A DNA stretch of 51,283 bases, the filler included, from Jimgerdemannia flammicorona (lineage: Eukaryota): NCBI GenBank assembly GCA_003990765.1. It is 2 parts of 2 records of this genome, joined end to end, with 100 filler letters (N's around TTAATTAATTAA, not from the genome) between each part and the next. Parts side by side here need not be neighbours in the genome. Positions count along the whole stretch, not along the records: positions 1 to 25,592 come from RBNJ01000814.1; 1 more part is not named here. One strand, given 5' to 3'. The translations under genes were made by a program, and so were the position numbers. Shown here piece after piece: positions 11,130-22,676 of this stretch; position 1 is the stretch's first letter, and every line of letters begins with the position of its first letter. The notes beneath the pieces were generated by a model. The model ran no database searches and was not told the DNA's origin. It worked only from the letters and a program-made list of their open reading frames with translations.

Positions 11130-12248
11130 ATGAACAACTTCACCAAGGGTTACGCTCTGTTGATCGGCACCGGTGTAAACGCATCCGGAGAGCCTGATCC
11201 TGCCTACGACAGCACCATCAACGATACGAATTGGCTCCACGAAATTCTGACGGACCGTAAACGGTGTGCCTACAAGCCAGAACAAGTGATCAAGCTGACC
11301 GGACCAGAAACAACTCGGGGCAACATTCTCGATGCAATGGATAGTATGTCCAGGGACGCCAACGAAGACTCCACCGTCATAATCTTCTTCTCTGGACACG
11401 GCGGGCGTGCCAAGGATGACAAAACGTTCCTCATTCCATTTGGGTATCAAGACGGTCAAGACCCAGCAAAATTCGCCGTCGACGCAAAATGCCTCAAGGA
11501 TTGTCTGGCCAAATTTGATGTCAAAAAACTCGTTCTCCTCATCAACTGCTGTCACGCCGCCGGCGTCGTCACCGAAACCACCTTTACTCCCACGCTTTCT
11601 TCCAATGAAGAGCAAGAGCAAGAGCTTGGCTTACGAAACATGGTTTTGAACGAGAGTCAGATCAATAGGCTCAACCAAGGAACCGGGTTCGTCGTTATGT
11701 CGTCGTCGCTTGCCAGTGAGGTGTCATATACTGGATATCTGAGGAACGTACGTGGCAAAGAAAAATACAGCGCCTTCACCATCGGTATCGGGAATGCTCT
11801 GTCTGGCCGTGGTCAGCAAGGAGATGGCTTGGTATATGTCACCGACCTGACGTCGAAATGCCGATCATTCGTGGTGGAGAAGACAAAAAATAAGCAGCAC
11901 CCTTACTTCAAGCTCTGCTGTGACGATTTTCCGATCGCCTATTACAATGGCGGCCTTTCCACCGGCGCATCCGTGCTGGGAGACGATTTTATAGAGGCAG
12001 AACCTGATGAGGCCGAAGCGGCGCCGGAGCCGGCGCCGAAAAGAGTACGGCAGCAGCCGAATATAATAACGACAAACAATATCAAAAACATGAAAGTCGG
12101 TGGCAATGCGTACTATGCACCCATAACCACTACCGTTACAGGTGGGGCTATACATTTCGGAACAGTTAACCATGGGCCAATTACCAATACAATTAGCGGT
12201 GGGTCATTTGGCAATGGGGCATTTAACAGTGGGAGTAACCCCCAATAA
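11130..12248 (+). CDS. Caspase-family (peptidase C14, metacaspase/orthocaspase-like) protease with C-terminal amyloid-like repeat tail
   Basis: Intronless ORF with GYALLIGTG first strand, IND, catalytic His in FFSGHGG, catalytic Cys in LINCCHAAG, and p10-like SSSLASEVSY / SAFT / QHP. The ATG at 11130 has an A-rich context (CAAAACAAATG) downstream of CATAAATA (11067). An upstream in-frame ATG lies at 11094. Confidence 0.9.
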   Translation: MNNFTKGYALLIGTGVNASGEPDPAYDSTINDTNWLHEILTDRKRCAYKPEQVIKLTGPETTRGNILDAMDSMSRDANEDSTVIIFFSGHGGRAKDDKTFLIPFGYQDGQDPAKFAVDAKCLKDCLAKFDVKKLVLLINCCHAAGVVTETTFTPTLSSNEEQEQELGLRNMVLNESQINRLNQGTGFVVMSSSLASEVSYTGYLRNVRGKEKYSAFTIGIGNALSGRGQQGDGLVYVTDLTSKCRSFVVEKTKNKQHPYFKLCCDDFPIAYYNGGLSTGASVLGDDFIEAEPDEAEAAPEPAPKRVRQQPNIITTNNIKNMKVGGNAYYAPITTTVTGGAIHFGTVNHGPITNTISGGSFGNGAFNSGSNPQ

Positions 12249-12714
12249 TTGGGAGTAGGTTTGCTGCGTTGTTGTTTCTCAAATGTATTGTTATTTATGT
12301 AATTATAAATATACCCACAATTACGATATTGCCACCGAAAGTTCCTTGAGCGCCTGGTACACTGTTCAATGTCGACAGTATTTTTATATCTAGCCAACGG
12401 GGCTAGTTGCGGGTCTTTTCTCGCATAGGTTTGGTCGCCTGAAACCGGTAAAATCGAGAAACCACAAATGTGTCATATTGAGCAAGCGAACTTCAAGCAG
12501 TCGAAGGGTAAGCAATACGATCGGACTTATACGTCAAGCACCATGTCAGATACACATTGAAATGCTTCCAAAACTTACGCGACTATATCGCTCACGATAA
12601 TCTTTGAGATTTTTAATAAATTAACAGGAAACACGACTTTACGATCGACTCCACACTACGCCAGAGTATGTAAAGTGCGCACTCCACAATCCAAACTCTT
12701 AGCTTCTAATACTT

Positions 12715-12717
<3 letters not shown>

Positions 12718-12746
<29 letters not shown>
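12718..12746. repeat. Poly(T) tract
   Basis: Uninterrupted T homopolymer. Confidence 0.9.
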
Positions 12747-13339
12747 CATCACACTCGTTCATTCTCATCAGCCCGCAACTCTCGGTGTGGCCGCTTAAAA
12801 ACCGAACTTCCGCTAGGCACCAGTCTCGGCTACTCTAGAGCCCCTCCAATAAGCCGCGAAACGATATATTTTTTTCAAGGCTTCTGAGCTCACGTCGGCC
12901 ATGCGGAAAATTATCAGTCGTTCTCCTTGAACCATTTTGGTATGCATTGTACACCAATCTCTTACTGTCTAAGAGCAGGGAATTGCGGGAATTGCGGGAT
13001 CTCTAAGCGGGTTTGGTGTGCTAGAATAGTTGTTTGGGCGTAGTTTTGTGAGCGTCGTTTTATGGCTTTTCTGTGTGATATTGAGGTGTACGCATTTTCG
13101 GATAGCATGTCGGCTCCATTCCTCGACTCATTTACATGCCCTACATTCCGCTTTACTATTCAAAGTATTGTTTACACAATTCTGTGAAATAGTCGGACTC
13201 CAGCAAATTGGAACAATTCGCGCGCCGTCGTAGAAAATGTACAGAAATTCATTGAACGAAAACCGCACATAGTAGGTCATCAACCTTTGATTATCTCCGG
13301 AAACGAACCTCCTTCCTTCAGTACGGGGGCCAGGAGCCA

Positions 13340-13790
13340 GGATGAGCATGCGGGAGTCGGGCACGGCGACTACCGGTAGGGGGTAGGATCGACTATCAGC
13401 ACGGCAAGGTCGGCAATAACGACGAGCAGCATGAGAGGACCGGGCACAAGGACCATCGGAAATCATCGATGCTAGATGTAACAATAAGCAGCAAGGGTGA
13501 GGCTAAGCGCGACGACCATCAGTACGGGAGAACCAGAAATGACGATGAGCAGCACGGAAGAAGCGACATTTGGTAGCGCGGGAGGGCCGGGCATACCAGA
13601 ATAACAATTAGTAGCGCGGGAGGGCATACCGGACAACAATGAGAGAGGTTGGGAGCAAATGACAATCAGCACAAAAGGAGGGCCAGGCACGATGACCACC
13701 AGCGCGGGAGACGGGCACGCGGGAGACGGGCACGCGGGAGAGCCGGACATGACGATATGCAGTATGGGAGGGCCAGACTATCATCATGGG
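13340..13790 (+). repeat. Degenerate ~30-bp minisatellite (consensus ~GACGACCATCAGCACGGGAGAGCCGGGCAC), including a 14-bp triplication CGCGGGAGACGGGC
   Basis: Recurring GAC-GAY-NAN-CAG-CAC-GGG-AGR-RCC-GGG-CAY units, for example at ~13390, 13511, 13541, 13691 and 13751. Confidence 0.6.
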
Positions 13791-14473
13791 GGCTACGGTT
13801 TATTGTGGACTTCGAAAATTCATCGAAACGAGCGAAATTTTTTGCTATTGTAAATTATTTTATCCCAGTACCATCTTCTAATCTAGCGTCGGTTAGTAGC
13901 AATCGATATATTTTGTGTTATCGGATTGTCCCGATACGGTGTTTATGTTATATTCCTTTTTCTTCTACATGTATGTATATACAGGACATGAAGCGTGACA
14001 TAAAGATCGACACGAAAGATATTGTTAGCAGCCTCGACGAACTTCACGGCAAAGTTGGTCTGCCTAAGCTCCATGAGAATACAATCCCGCTACTCTTCAA
14101 CTTTTCCAATTGACACATATCACCCCGTACGCGTTACCAACGCACCAGGTCTGCGCCGCCACATGAGTGTGCTTCGAGAACCACAGTTCGCGGGTGGCGG
14201 TGGCGGTGGCGGTGACAGTGGCAGTAGTGATGAGGCCAAGACCGGTTCGGCTCGTATCTCAAAGTTGATAATTTTCCCGAATACTTTCTTGGGACTAGCG
14301 CGACAGGGTTTCGTGTGTAAATAGTTGTCGCATCTACAAGCACAGCAAAGAATATATATATATATATATATATTACATAAGAATGAAATAAATAACCGTA
14401 ACAATTCACTATGTAAGCGCTCTTTCTGATCAGGGAAATTTAAATTACGCCCCACCGTCAAACGTTGACATGA

Positions 14474-14537
14474 CGAAACCAAACCAAACCAAACCAAACC
14501 AAACCAAACGAAACGAAACGAAATCAAACGAAACCAA
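14474..14537. repeat. Pentanucleotide microsatellite (ACCAA/ACGAA)n
   Basis: Direct reading. Confidence 0.9.
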
Positions 14538-15486
14538 ATCTACCTTCTCAATCACGCCCCTATACATTATTCACGGCTCTGCAAAGCGCGACCAGCCCTC
14601 GATGACACATCTGAGACGCATACGGTAATCACCCGGTAGGGCTTGCGTGAGTGATGTCGGTGGGCGTGAGATGCGGCATCGGCAACAGGGAGGTGAAACG
14701 AAGCCAGAATCCGAGTATAAGGGGGTGACAGGAGGAGAGAATGAAAATATTAATTTGAATGTATATATTGCTAGGGTAGCTTACGCTCTCATCTCAGCTC
14801 GCAATATATATCCTTAGCTTAAATCCAACACAATGCACACACCTCGCCTTTCATCATAGGGCTCTAGGATACCATCTACCCATTCAGAAACATTTGACAT
14901 ACCTCAAATCGTGCCACCATATTCGTTGGGCTCGCGACCGGATCCTGCGCGGCCATCTTGAACGGAAAAACTCTGGAGGATAATAAATTTCGGCTGGAAT
15001 GGGGCAAAAGCATAGGGAGTGATTTCGGCATTGTCATTGCAGCAGGGTGTATAGGGTGGCCGTGGAGGGCATTCTGGGGACTTCAGCGGCAGTGAAGTGG
15101 GAATCTCGTCGGTCGGAATTTCGACGGAGCTACTTCGGCAGAGTGATTTCGTCCATACTGAACGTCGATGGCTTCAGCAGCTTGCGTTTTCAGCAGGGGT
15201 CGATTTATTTGCGTGACGTTTAGATACGTCATGTGACGTTTGCAATGAAATCAGAGCGCCTTTGTGTTCCTTTCTAGTCAATGGTATTGGCGGGAAGCAC
15301 TGAGCCTACAAAGTTCTAATCCATACTGGATGTAGCGTATTATATTTTTGTTAATAGTTGATCAATACACAACCCGCAGCCGTAGCATACCTCAAAGATC
15401 ATGTGCGTATTGTATAGGACTGGGCAAATTGAACCAGAGGGTTTAGCAGGTCACACAGTCAATTTGCCCCCCAACAGACCGTGATT

Positions 15487-15920
15487 ACTTTTATCCAATA
15501 CCAATGAAGACCAACCATCAGCGTGTTCTCCTATATTATTCCCGTCGCGGTATCCTCGAGCAAGGTACCAAGACGGTAAACATCAGAGGCGTGCGCCGAC
15601 AGAAGGTATGCAAGCCAGCCGTACAGACCCTCTGAGCCGTGTAACATGTTGATGATGCCTTCGCCATTATCGCCATTAATTTTCAACTGTATACTTTCAT
15701 AATATGTATCCAAATACAACTTTTCTGCTATATATATATAAAATAATAATAATAAAAAATACATATATAATTATATGTCACTGGGCTGGCCCAACCACTT
15801 TTATCCTAATTTCGGATAAAGACGAAGAACCACACACACCGCCAACCATCAGCGTGTTTTCCTATTCCTTGTTATCCATTCCCAGGGCCGCGGTATCCTC
15901 GAAGGTTACCAGATGAGCTA
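15487..15920 (-). pseudogene. Degenerate fragments of a paralog of the neighbouring kinase, partly duplicated
   Basis: IINMLHGSEGLYGWLAY...ASDVYRLGTLL (~15550-15660) matches kinase TINMLHGLDGVYGRLAY...ASDIYCLGTLL. The block CCAACCATCAGCGTGTTYTCCTAT...CGCGGTATCCTCGA occurs at both ~15511 and ~15842. Confidence 0.75.
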
Positions 15921-16488
15921 TGCACGTCGCGTCGGCGTTTTCGACGTTGGCGGAGGCGGGCCACTGGGGAGCGCGTTCGTCGGGACGGAGCGGAGACGCG
16001 AGGCGGCTAGGTTGGCAGAGAAGTGGTGGAGGCAAGCGATGTGTTTTTTGGTGGCCCCGGACGGAGGTCGTGGGGAGCTGAGATGTTTTCCACATTGCCA
16101 GAGAAAAAGGCTGTTCCATCAAACGAAATTATGGAAAAGTTCTCATGGCTCCGACATACTGATGTCAATCAACGTCACCCATGTTATATTAAGCGGATTA
16201 TGGTGTAGCCCGTTCGTCGTCAATTCATTAAATTATACAAAGTAAGGGGATACTTCTAACGAATAAATATAAATATTTGTTTATTGTCGCAAAGGAAAAG
16301 TTGAGAATGCTAGATGGTACAATTTGGCTAATCATTGGGATATTCCGTCATGATAGATATGTTTGTTGGATGTACCCTCACACTATGTAAGCCAAGCCAA
16401 CGTCACAAAGACAAGGCGGCGGCCAAAGAACGCCGAATTGAAGCTGATATTTTTGATACACGACTTCGCTGAGTCAAAGCTGATATAT

Positions 16489-17971
16489 TCAATATAAGAC
16501 TTTGCCGATTCGAAGCCAACACATTCGATACACTACTAAAGCCTCGCCGGCAAAAATGAAAATATGACGAGTAAGTATTGATTTGAGCGTGTGATAAGGA
16601 AATTTGAGAATGAGATGAACATCATGCATATGGGCGAAAACATACCTATTGTCCTCTGTGGCTCCCAGAATACTTAGATTCCTGAGAGAGACATACGTGT
16701 GAAATTCACTGCTCGTAGTAGATGCTTCGCCAAAGACAAAAGATGTGTTTGTGCTTGAAGCCTTGGATTGAGAAAAATGCAATTGACGTCTCTTATTTAT
16801 GAAGGCGCTTGTCTTGCGAGACAAAGGTAACATCAAAGATGACACATATGGTGCTTGATACAAAAGTTCATCCCTGATAAAAGTCCCAGACAATCGCTCG
16901 AGGGATTCATATAAAAAACTAGCGGTAGGTCGCCTGTCCGGGTCAACTTTCCAACAATTGCATAATGCCCGTTCAAGCGCCACTGGTATATGCGGTATCA
17001 TCTCTTCTCGCAGACAATTATTTGAACTGGCGATACCCCGTGGAGGCACACCAGTTATGAGATGCCACAGCAGGGTACCAAGACAGTAAATATCAGAGGC
17101 TTGTGTATAAGGCGCGCCGTTGAAGACTTCCGGCGGAAAGTATGCAAGCCGGCCATAGACGCCATCCAAACCGTGTAGCATGTTGATGGTGCCGCTGAGT
17201 CCAACGTCGATGATGCGTAGCTGGCGCCATCTGCCCCTTGTGACAATGTTTCCTGGGTGAAGGTCGCCATGGATGACACCTAGTTTATGCAAAACCATGA
17301 TACCTCGTGCCAAGTCGACCGCAGCAACCATAATTTCTTTCCAGTTTGAGAAATCAAGCGGTTCTTGTTCAATGTTTCCATTCGCGCACTCCATGACAAG
17401 GAGATAGTTGTTTGAGGTAGGGTCGGGGTTAGGAGAGAGTCCAATCACAGGCATTGTGATGGCATCGCCAACGGATGTTTGTGTATGATATGAGATGTGT
17501 GTTGCCACCATCAGCTATACCGACAAGTAGAAGGTTCGGGATCAATAATAAGATACAATGTAGGTATCAATGTTGGAGAGAAAAGCTAGGATCCTGCAGT
17601 CAACTCACCTCGTGGGCCATATTGATATCAATCGCTTTCAATGCATATTTCCGTCTAACGATGGCTTCCTTATGTCGAATGGTATGAATGGTTGGAAAGG
17701 CAAAGCCAGTCGGCCACTCGACGATCCCAGTGTATACGGTCGAGTATCCGCCTTTCCCCAAAACCTTCAGGTTGCCACTGAATCTTTCAATTGGTATCCA
17801 CACAAGGTACTCGAGGAGCTCGGGAACATCTGACCTTGCCAGGTGGAAGCGCAGTTGTTCGTCGTTGCTCGGAAAGTTGAGTTTGTTGGCTTGTATCACC
17901 AAAGCTCGCTCTTGGGCAACGATGCCTTTCGCAAAGAGTTGCTTAAACGTTTGGAGTTTGTCGGTATTCAT
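16489..17971 (-). CDS. Tyrosine-kinase-like (TKL) protein kinase; intron 17608..17515 and a probable second intron starting at 16645
   Basis: WIPIERF, Gly-loop LGKGGYSTVY, YALK lysine, alphaC Glu at the splice (NMAHE|LMVATH; GTGAGT...TATAG), catalytic loop IHGDLHPGNI, DVG (DFG position), YFPPE, SDIYCLG, CWKVDPDRRPTA. The 3' end is uncertain because of an AG|GTATGT donor at 16645. Confidence 0.85.
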
Positions 17972-20900
17972 GATTAAGGGTTGGTTAATATTCACATTCG
18001 ATGGATTAAAGAAAATATGTCCGACCCATGCGCGGTAGCTTATTACATTATATAATGCAGTAATTTATTTTATGCCCAAGTTTGTATACTCAAAGATCAT
18101 GTGTGTATTGTAATTAAGTAATTGCGTTGCAATAGAAATTGATGACGTTGATTGATGACGTAACACTGAAGATAGTATAAGCCACAAATTACTTGATAAT
18201 CGAGTTGCATAAAAAAGTTTACAGATGTAATTATAGGAAAGGTGAACTGATATGGTTATAAATAAATAGGATATAGGCGTGCGGTGAATAAACAACAGTG
18301 ATGTAGTTCAAACATTTGAAAAAAAAAAAAAAACCTTGCTGAAGTGACAACGGTAGTCGCGTGACGTTGACATTTCTCAGCCACCTCAAGAAGCTTCTTC
18401 ACCCTCACAATCGTCTTGTCTCTCCGCACTGACCAACCTTTCCGCGAGGTCCCACAAGCGACCCGTTGCTGCATTGATGACCATCTCTAACGTCGCTCCT
18501 TCTCATCGCACCCATGAATGGCGACATGAGGGCCTCATGGGATGGGAGATAGAGGCATGGAGTGAAATACAAACGGAGAACGAGGGAGCTAAGGTGAGCT
18601 CTTCTGGTATATATATCCTGTACGGTGGCAGCACTCTTTGTTTATTCCCGTGGCTCACCAATGTTCAATTATTTCTACGTCTTGATACAGCACGCATGGC
18701 AGCCGAATTGCTGAGCGAGTTGCTTAGGATAATGGAGGAGCTTTATTAGGCACGTATCCACGATTACCACCACCTTATTACCGGATATTATCACACACTT
18801 GATCTAAATTGTAACGCCTATTCCCGAAACAGCTCGAGAACAAGAAGGCGAACCGTGCAAACGACCTAGGTGACGCTCTCAGACGAAGAATATCGGCCCT
18901 CCGCTTCTAACAACATATCACCCATCTTGCCTCTCTAAAAAACGCCATGACTGCCATCTGCACATTACCTCCATGCATTTGGACACAGCAGCTACCGCTC
19001 CTAGTTCGGCTCAAGCAGCCGTACGCCGGAGACTGAGTTCGAGTTCCACCGGTAAGACATAGGCAGTTTGGTCTTGGTACTAAACACAATCTCTATTGGT
19101 ACTCGCTGCTAAGCTCTTCCACCCTTCTTCCCTGCAACCCACTTAATGAACCTCCTACGTGCGATCAGGAGCATCGTGATGGTGCCGGCGGGCGCAGAGA
19201 ACGTTACGGCATGGGGAACGGGGCAGGCGTCGGAGGCAGATCTGGTGTGTCTTCGTTTGTTTGGATTTGGTTGGGACGTGTCAGGTCCTCGTTCTCGAAA
19301 GAGCTCACAGGCCACAATCTCTCATATCACAGGACCGCTTCCTCGCCTCAATATCGGCTGCTCTCGCTGCCTATGGCAACTATGCCGATGGGGTCGACCG
19401 ACTCGGACGAACCGTGCGCGAGATGCAGGCGAGGGTTGTCAGTGGAGGGTTTTGATGTTATTGGATGTCCGCTTGGTTGGGCTTATTGAAACACTAATCA
19501 GAAAAACCCATATGATCTATTCGGTGGTGATCGCAGAGCCAAGCCTTCGAATACCAGTCTCCAGAGTTCAGGATCCAACCTAAGTGGGTTGTATAAACTG
19601 TTCTTGCGATTCCGACATTATTCAGGGCTAAAAATTTTGATCGTTATGCGATAAGCGTACGGGCGGAGATGTTTCGGTTTCGGGTGACGTCGCCTGGTTC
19701 GCCAAAAATTTTAATGGGCAAACTCCTTGATTAATCCCATTCCATTCGCATGGGTATAAATAAGCTCAGTAATTCGGTACTTTTTTCCGCACACAATGAA
19801 ATGCATAGGCTTCCAGATTTATTCTGGACTGCATGTAGCCCTTTGCATAAGAAGGCTTCCAGGCTTAAAAACCTGAAAGGCAAAATGGGTCCGAAAAAGG
19901 AGTCCCCGGGCCAATGGCGCTCGTCTGTGGCATACGTTCCCAACCTTCTTTAAAATTAGAATTAAACGAAAAAAACTCGAAAAACTTATTTTCGATAGCA
20001 AACGAAGCCTTTTGTTGACCCCGAAATGGATATACGAGCAGTCGCGTCTAAGCCTCAACAACTTCGAACTTTATTATTGAAATTGTTTCGCTTACAGCGG
20101 GAATCTCAACACCACGAGGTTGTCGGGAGGAATAGGTGGGTGGTCGTAGTGTGTGTGTTTCGGACTGTGAACATAATTGCGAACGTAAGCAGTCTCTTAC
20201 ATTATCCTTCATTTACTCTACAAGACATTCCGGCGGGCCAATTCACGGACGATCAGCTCCACTCGTCTCCCGCATCGAGCATCTCATTGCGATGTTAAGG
20301 TGAGCAGGCCGTGCACCTCATCGGCAGTCTCGTCGATAAGGGAGGGTTGGGTACGAGGAGGAGGAACAAGGTTTTAGATTCGCTTTTGTTTGGCGCGTTG
20401 CCCTTGTGGATGAGTTTCCGGTTTCTAATGAATTTCTAATCCTCTTCAGATGTTTCAGACATCAACACTCTTCGCCAATATCTCATGTGAAAGTGCTGTG
20501 CCATCCAGCCGGAAGAGCCGGGCCACGATGCCCCCGTCGAGGCCGTCGAGGCCATCGAGGAGCGCAAGGAGCGCCACGACTGGGCTCTCGACAATTTCAT
20601 CGAACTGGCCGTCGGGTCGCGGAGGCGGCAAAGTGGGCGGTGGGTGTTTTTTCTTTCCCGTCTTCGCAGTGGGGTGGGGCGAGAATCAGATAACTGACAT
20701 GTTTGTGGGCACTCTTCTCGTCTTCATATTCTCGGGCATTCAGGACCTTCTGATACCTACCCCTCGGTGACACCTACTGGCTCTTCTCGAACGACCTATT
20801 TCGGTCGCCTGACTCGCCGAACATGTGGCAGCTGTGCTTGATCTTCCTGACGGACGTGCAGAGTAGACAGGTTTGAGGCGGGTGAGGGGCGAGAGCGGGA

Positions 20901-22059
20901 GAGCAGCGGGGATGAGAGGAGGAAGCTGGGGGAGAGTAGCAAAGAGAAGAAGACAACAGCGGGAAAAGAGGAGTGGGATATAGGTGGGTTTTGTGAGGGC
21001 CATGTTTTTTTCCTTGATTTGAGGTTCGTAAAAGGAGATAAATGCTTTAACACGTGTGGTCCATTGTTCCACAGAGGCAACGAACGCCGCTACCGCAGAC
21101 ACCGTCAGATCGATCGTGTTTTTCCATTTCAAGACTACCCTGAGTACGTTCGCGAAGCTCGTCATACTGGCCGTGTTTGATTGCGTGGCCCTCCTGGCGC
21201 ATTACGGCAGGTTTGGGTAGGAGGTTGACAACGTCATCAAGCAACTCGTGGAGGCCTTGCGCTTGGTGGTCTGAGGCCGTGCAGGCAGCCGTTTGTAGTG
21301 TTTATATGAAGGCAGTTAAGGAGGTTTGTATTCGCTGTCATTCTTCGGTTGGTTGAAGATGTTTTATTTAGGAAGAAATCTCCTATCCAAGAACACTCGA
21401 TTGACATTTCAGAGGGGTCAAGTCGTTACAAAGCCTGGGTTACAATTCGGTAAAGGCCTCTTTTTCATCATGGTATATTTCCCTCTTTGACATCATGTTT
21501 ACATCCATGATCACACTGTTCACAATCATTTTAGACGATCCCAAGCGTTTCGGTGCCGCTATCCGATGCGCCGCAAATCGATCGCTGCCGTCCGCTCCGA
21601 CGACGAAGGAGATGACGGTGAGCCTGGCGCGGCGACGCCGACCTTCGCCAAGAGTAAACCTACGGTTGTTTGGGACTTGAGGATCCGTGTGGCGCTCGGG
21701 CAGCAACTGTTCTCGGATGATGAGGAAGAACGGCTTGCACCCGGCGCGGACGACCACTTCGGATCGCCGAGTAAGAGGAGGAGGAGGAGGGGGAGGCCGG
21801 ATCGTGGATTGCACACGAGCTTGAACCGGAGCTGGAGGGGGAGCAGGAAAGGGAGCTGGGCCGGACGACGGCGACGTGCGGGAGGACCGGTCGCAGCCAC
21901 CTCGGCGTTCCGAGAAGCGCAAGCTACCGCCCATACAGGACTAGCGATGACGAAGAGGGGGAGCCACATCACAACGAACACTGCGTGGTTCTCGTCTCGC
22001 AAACAAAGATTGATTTATTTCCAATAAAGATGCATTGTAATTTTTTACGCGCAGGACGC

Positions 22060-22676
22060 GGCAGTCAGTATCTGACCAGCGTAGGAGGTCTAGCCCGAAC
22101 AGTTTGTTCACGAACGAATTTTTGACAAAAGTCTGCCTCGCGACGCAAAGACCAGAGAAGTAAAACAATAGTGCGCCGAAGAACCTATGGTCGACGTGCA
22201 CGCCGAACGGTACACTCGCGAAGCAAGACGCGAGCATGACGGAAATGGCGGAGGTGTAGGCGACAACGACAATGCGCATAACACCCTTGACGTGAGGCTT
22301 GAGCCAGTAGAATACGATGAATGCTGGGACGGCGAGGACGTTTCTGGCGAAGACGAAGAGATTGAACTCGGTACCGAGGGTGAGGAAAGCGAGAGTGATG
22401 AAGACGTGGTCGTCAGGAAGGTGACAAGGCCGATGAGGAAGGTGGACTTGTGCGGGATGAGGAGGACGTCGCCGATGAGACCGAGAACGAGGCCGTAGAA
22501 GATGAGGTGGTGGTAAGTGGAGTCCAGCTTGCATTACCAGGCACCAGAGAGAACAAAGCCAAAGGAGGCGGCGGGCTTGGTAATCCAGATGCCCGGGCGG
22601 AACTGGAGAGCAGGAGGAGGAGGAATGAACCGGCGGTGACGAGAACGGGATATGTTGTGAAGTCGGATTGAAACAT
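22060..22676 (-). pseudogene. YhhN/TMEM86 (lysoplasmalogenase-like) membrane protein, frameshifted
   Basis: Across frames it reads GLVLGLIGDVLLIP...FLIGLVTFL / H, then VVAYTSAISVM and GALLFYFSG(D)LCVARQTFV...NKLFGL, which are YhhN hallmark motifs. The frame switches at least twice and the conserved SD is SG. Confidence 0.7.

Noticed and set aside
13340..13790. 30-bp repeats as a CRISPR array or intact CDS (13649..14113 ORF)
   Set aside because: The units are contiguous and degenerate with no spacers, and the frame is interrupted by stops and indels.
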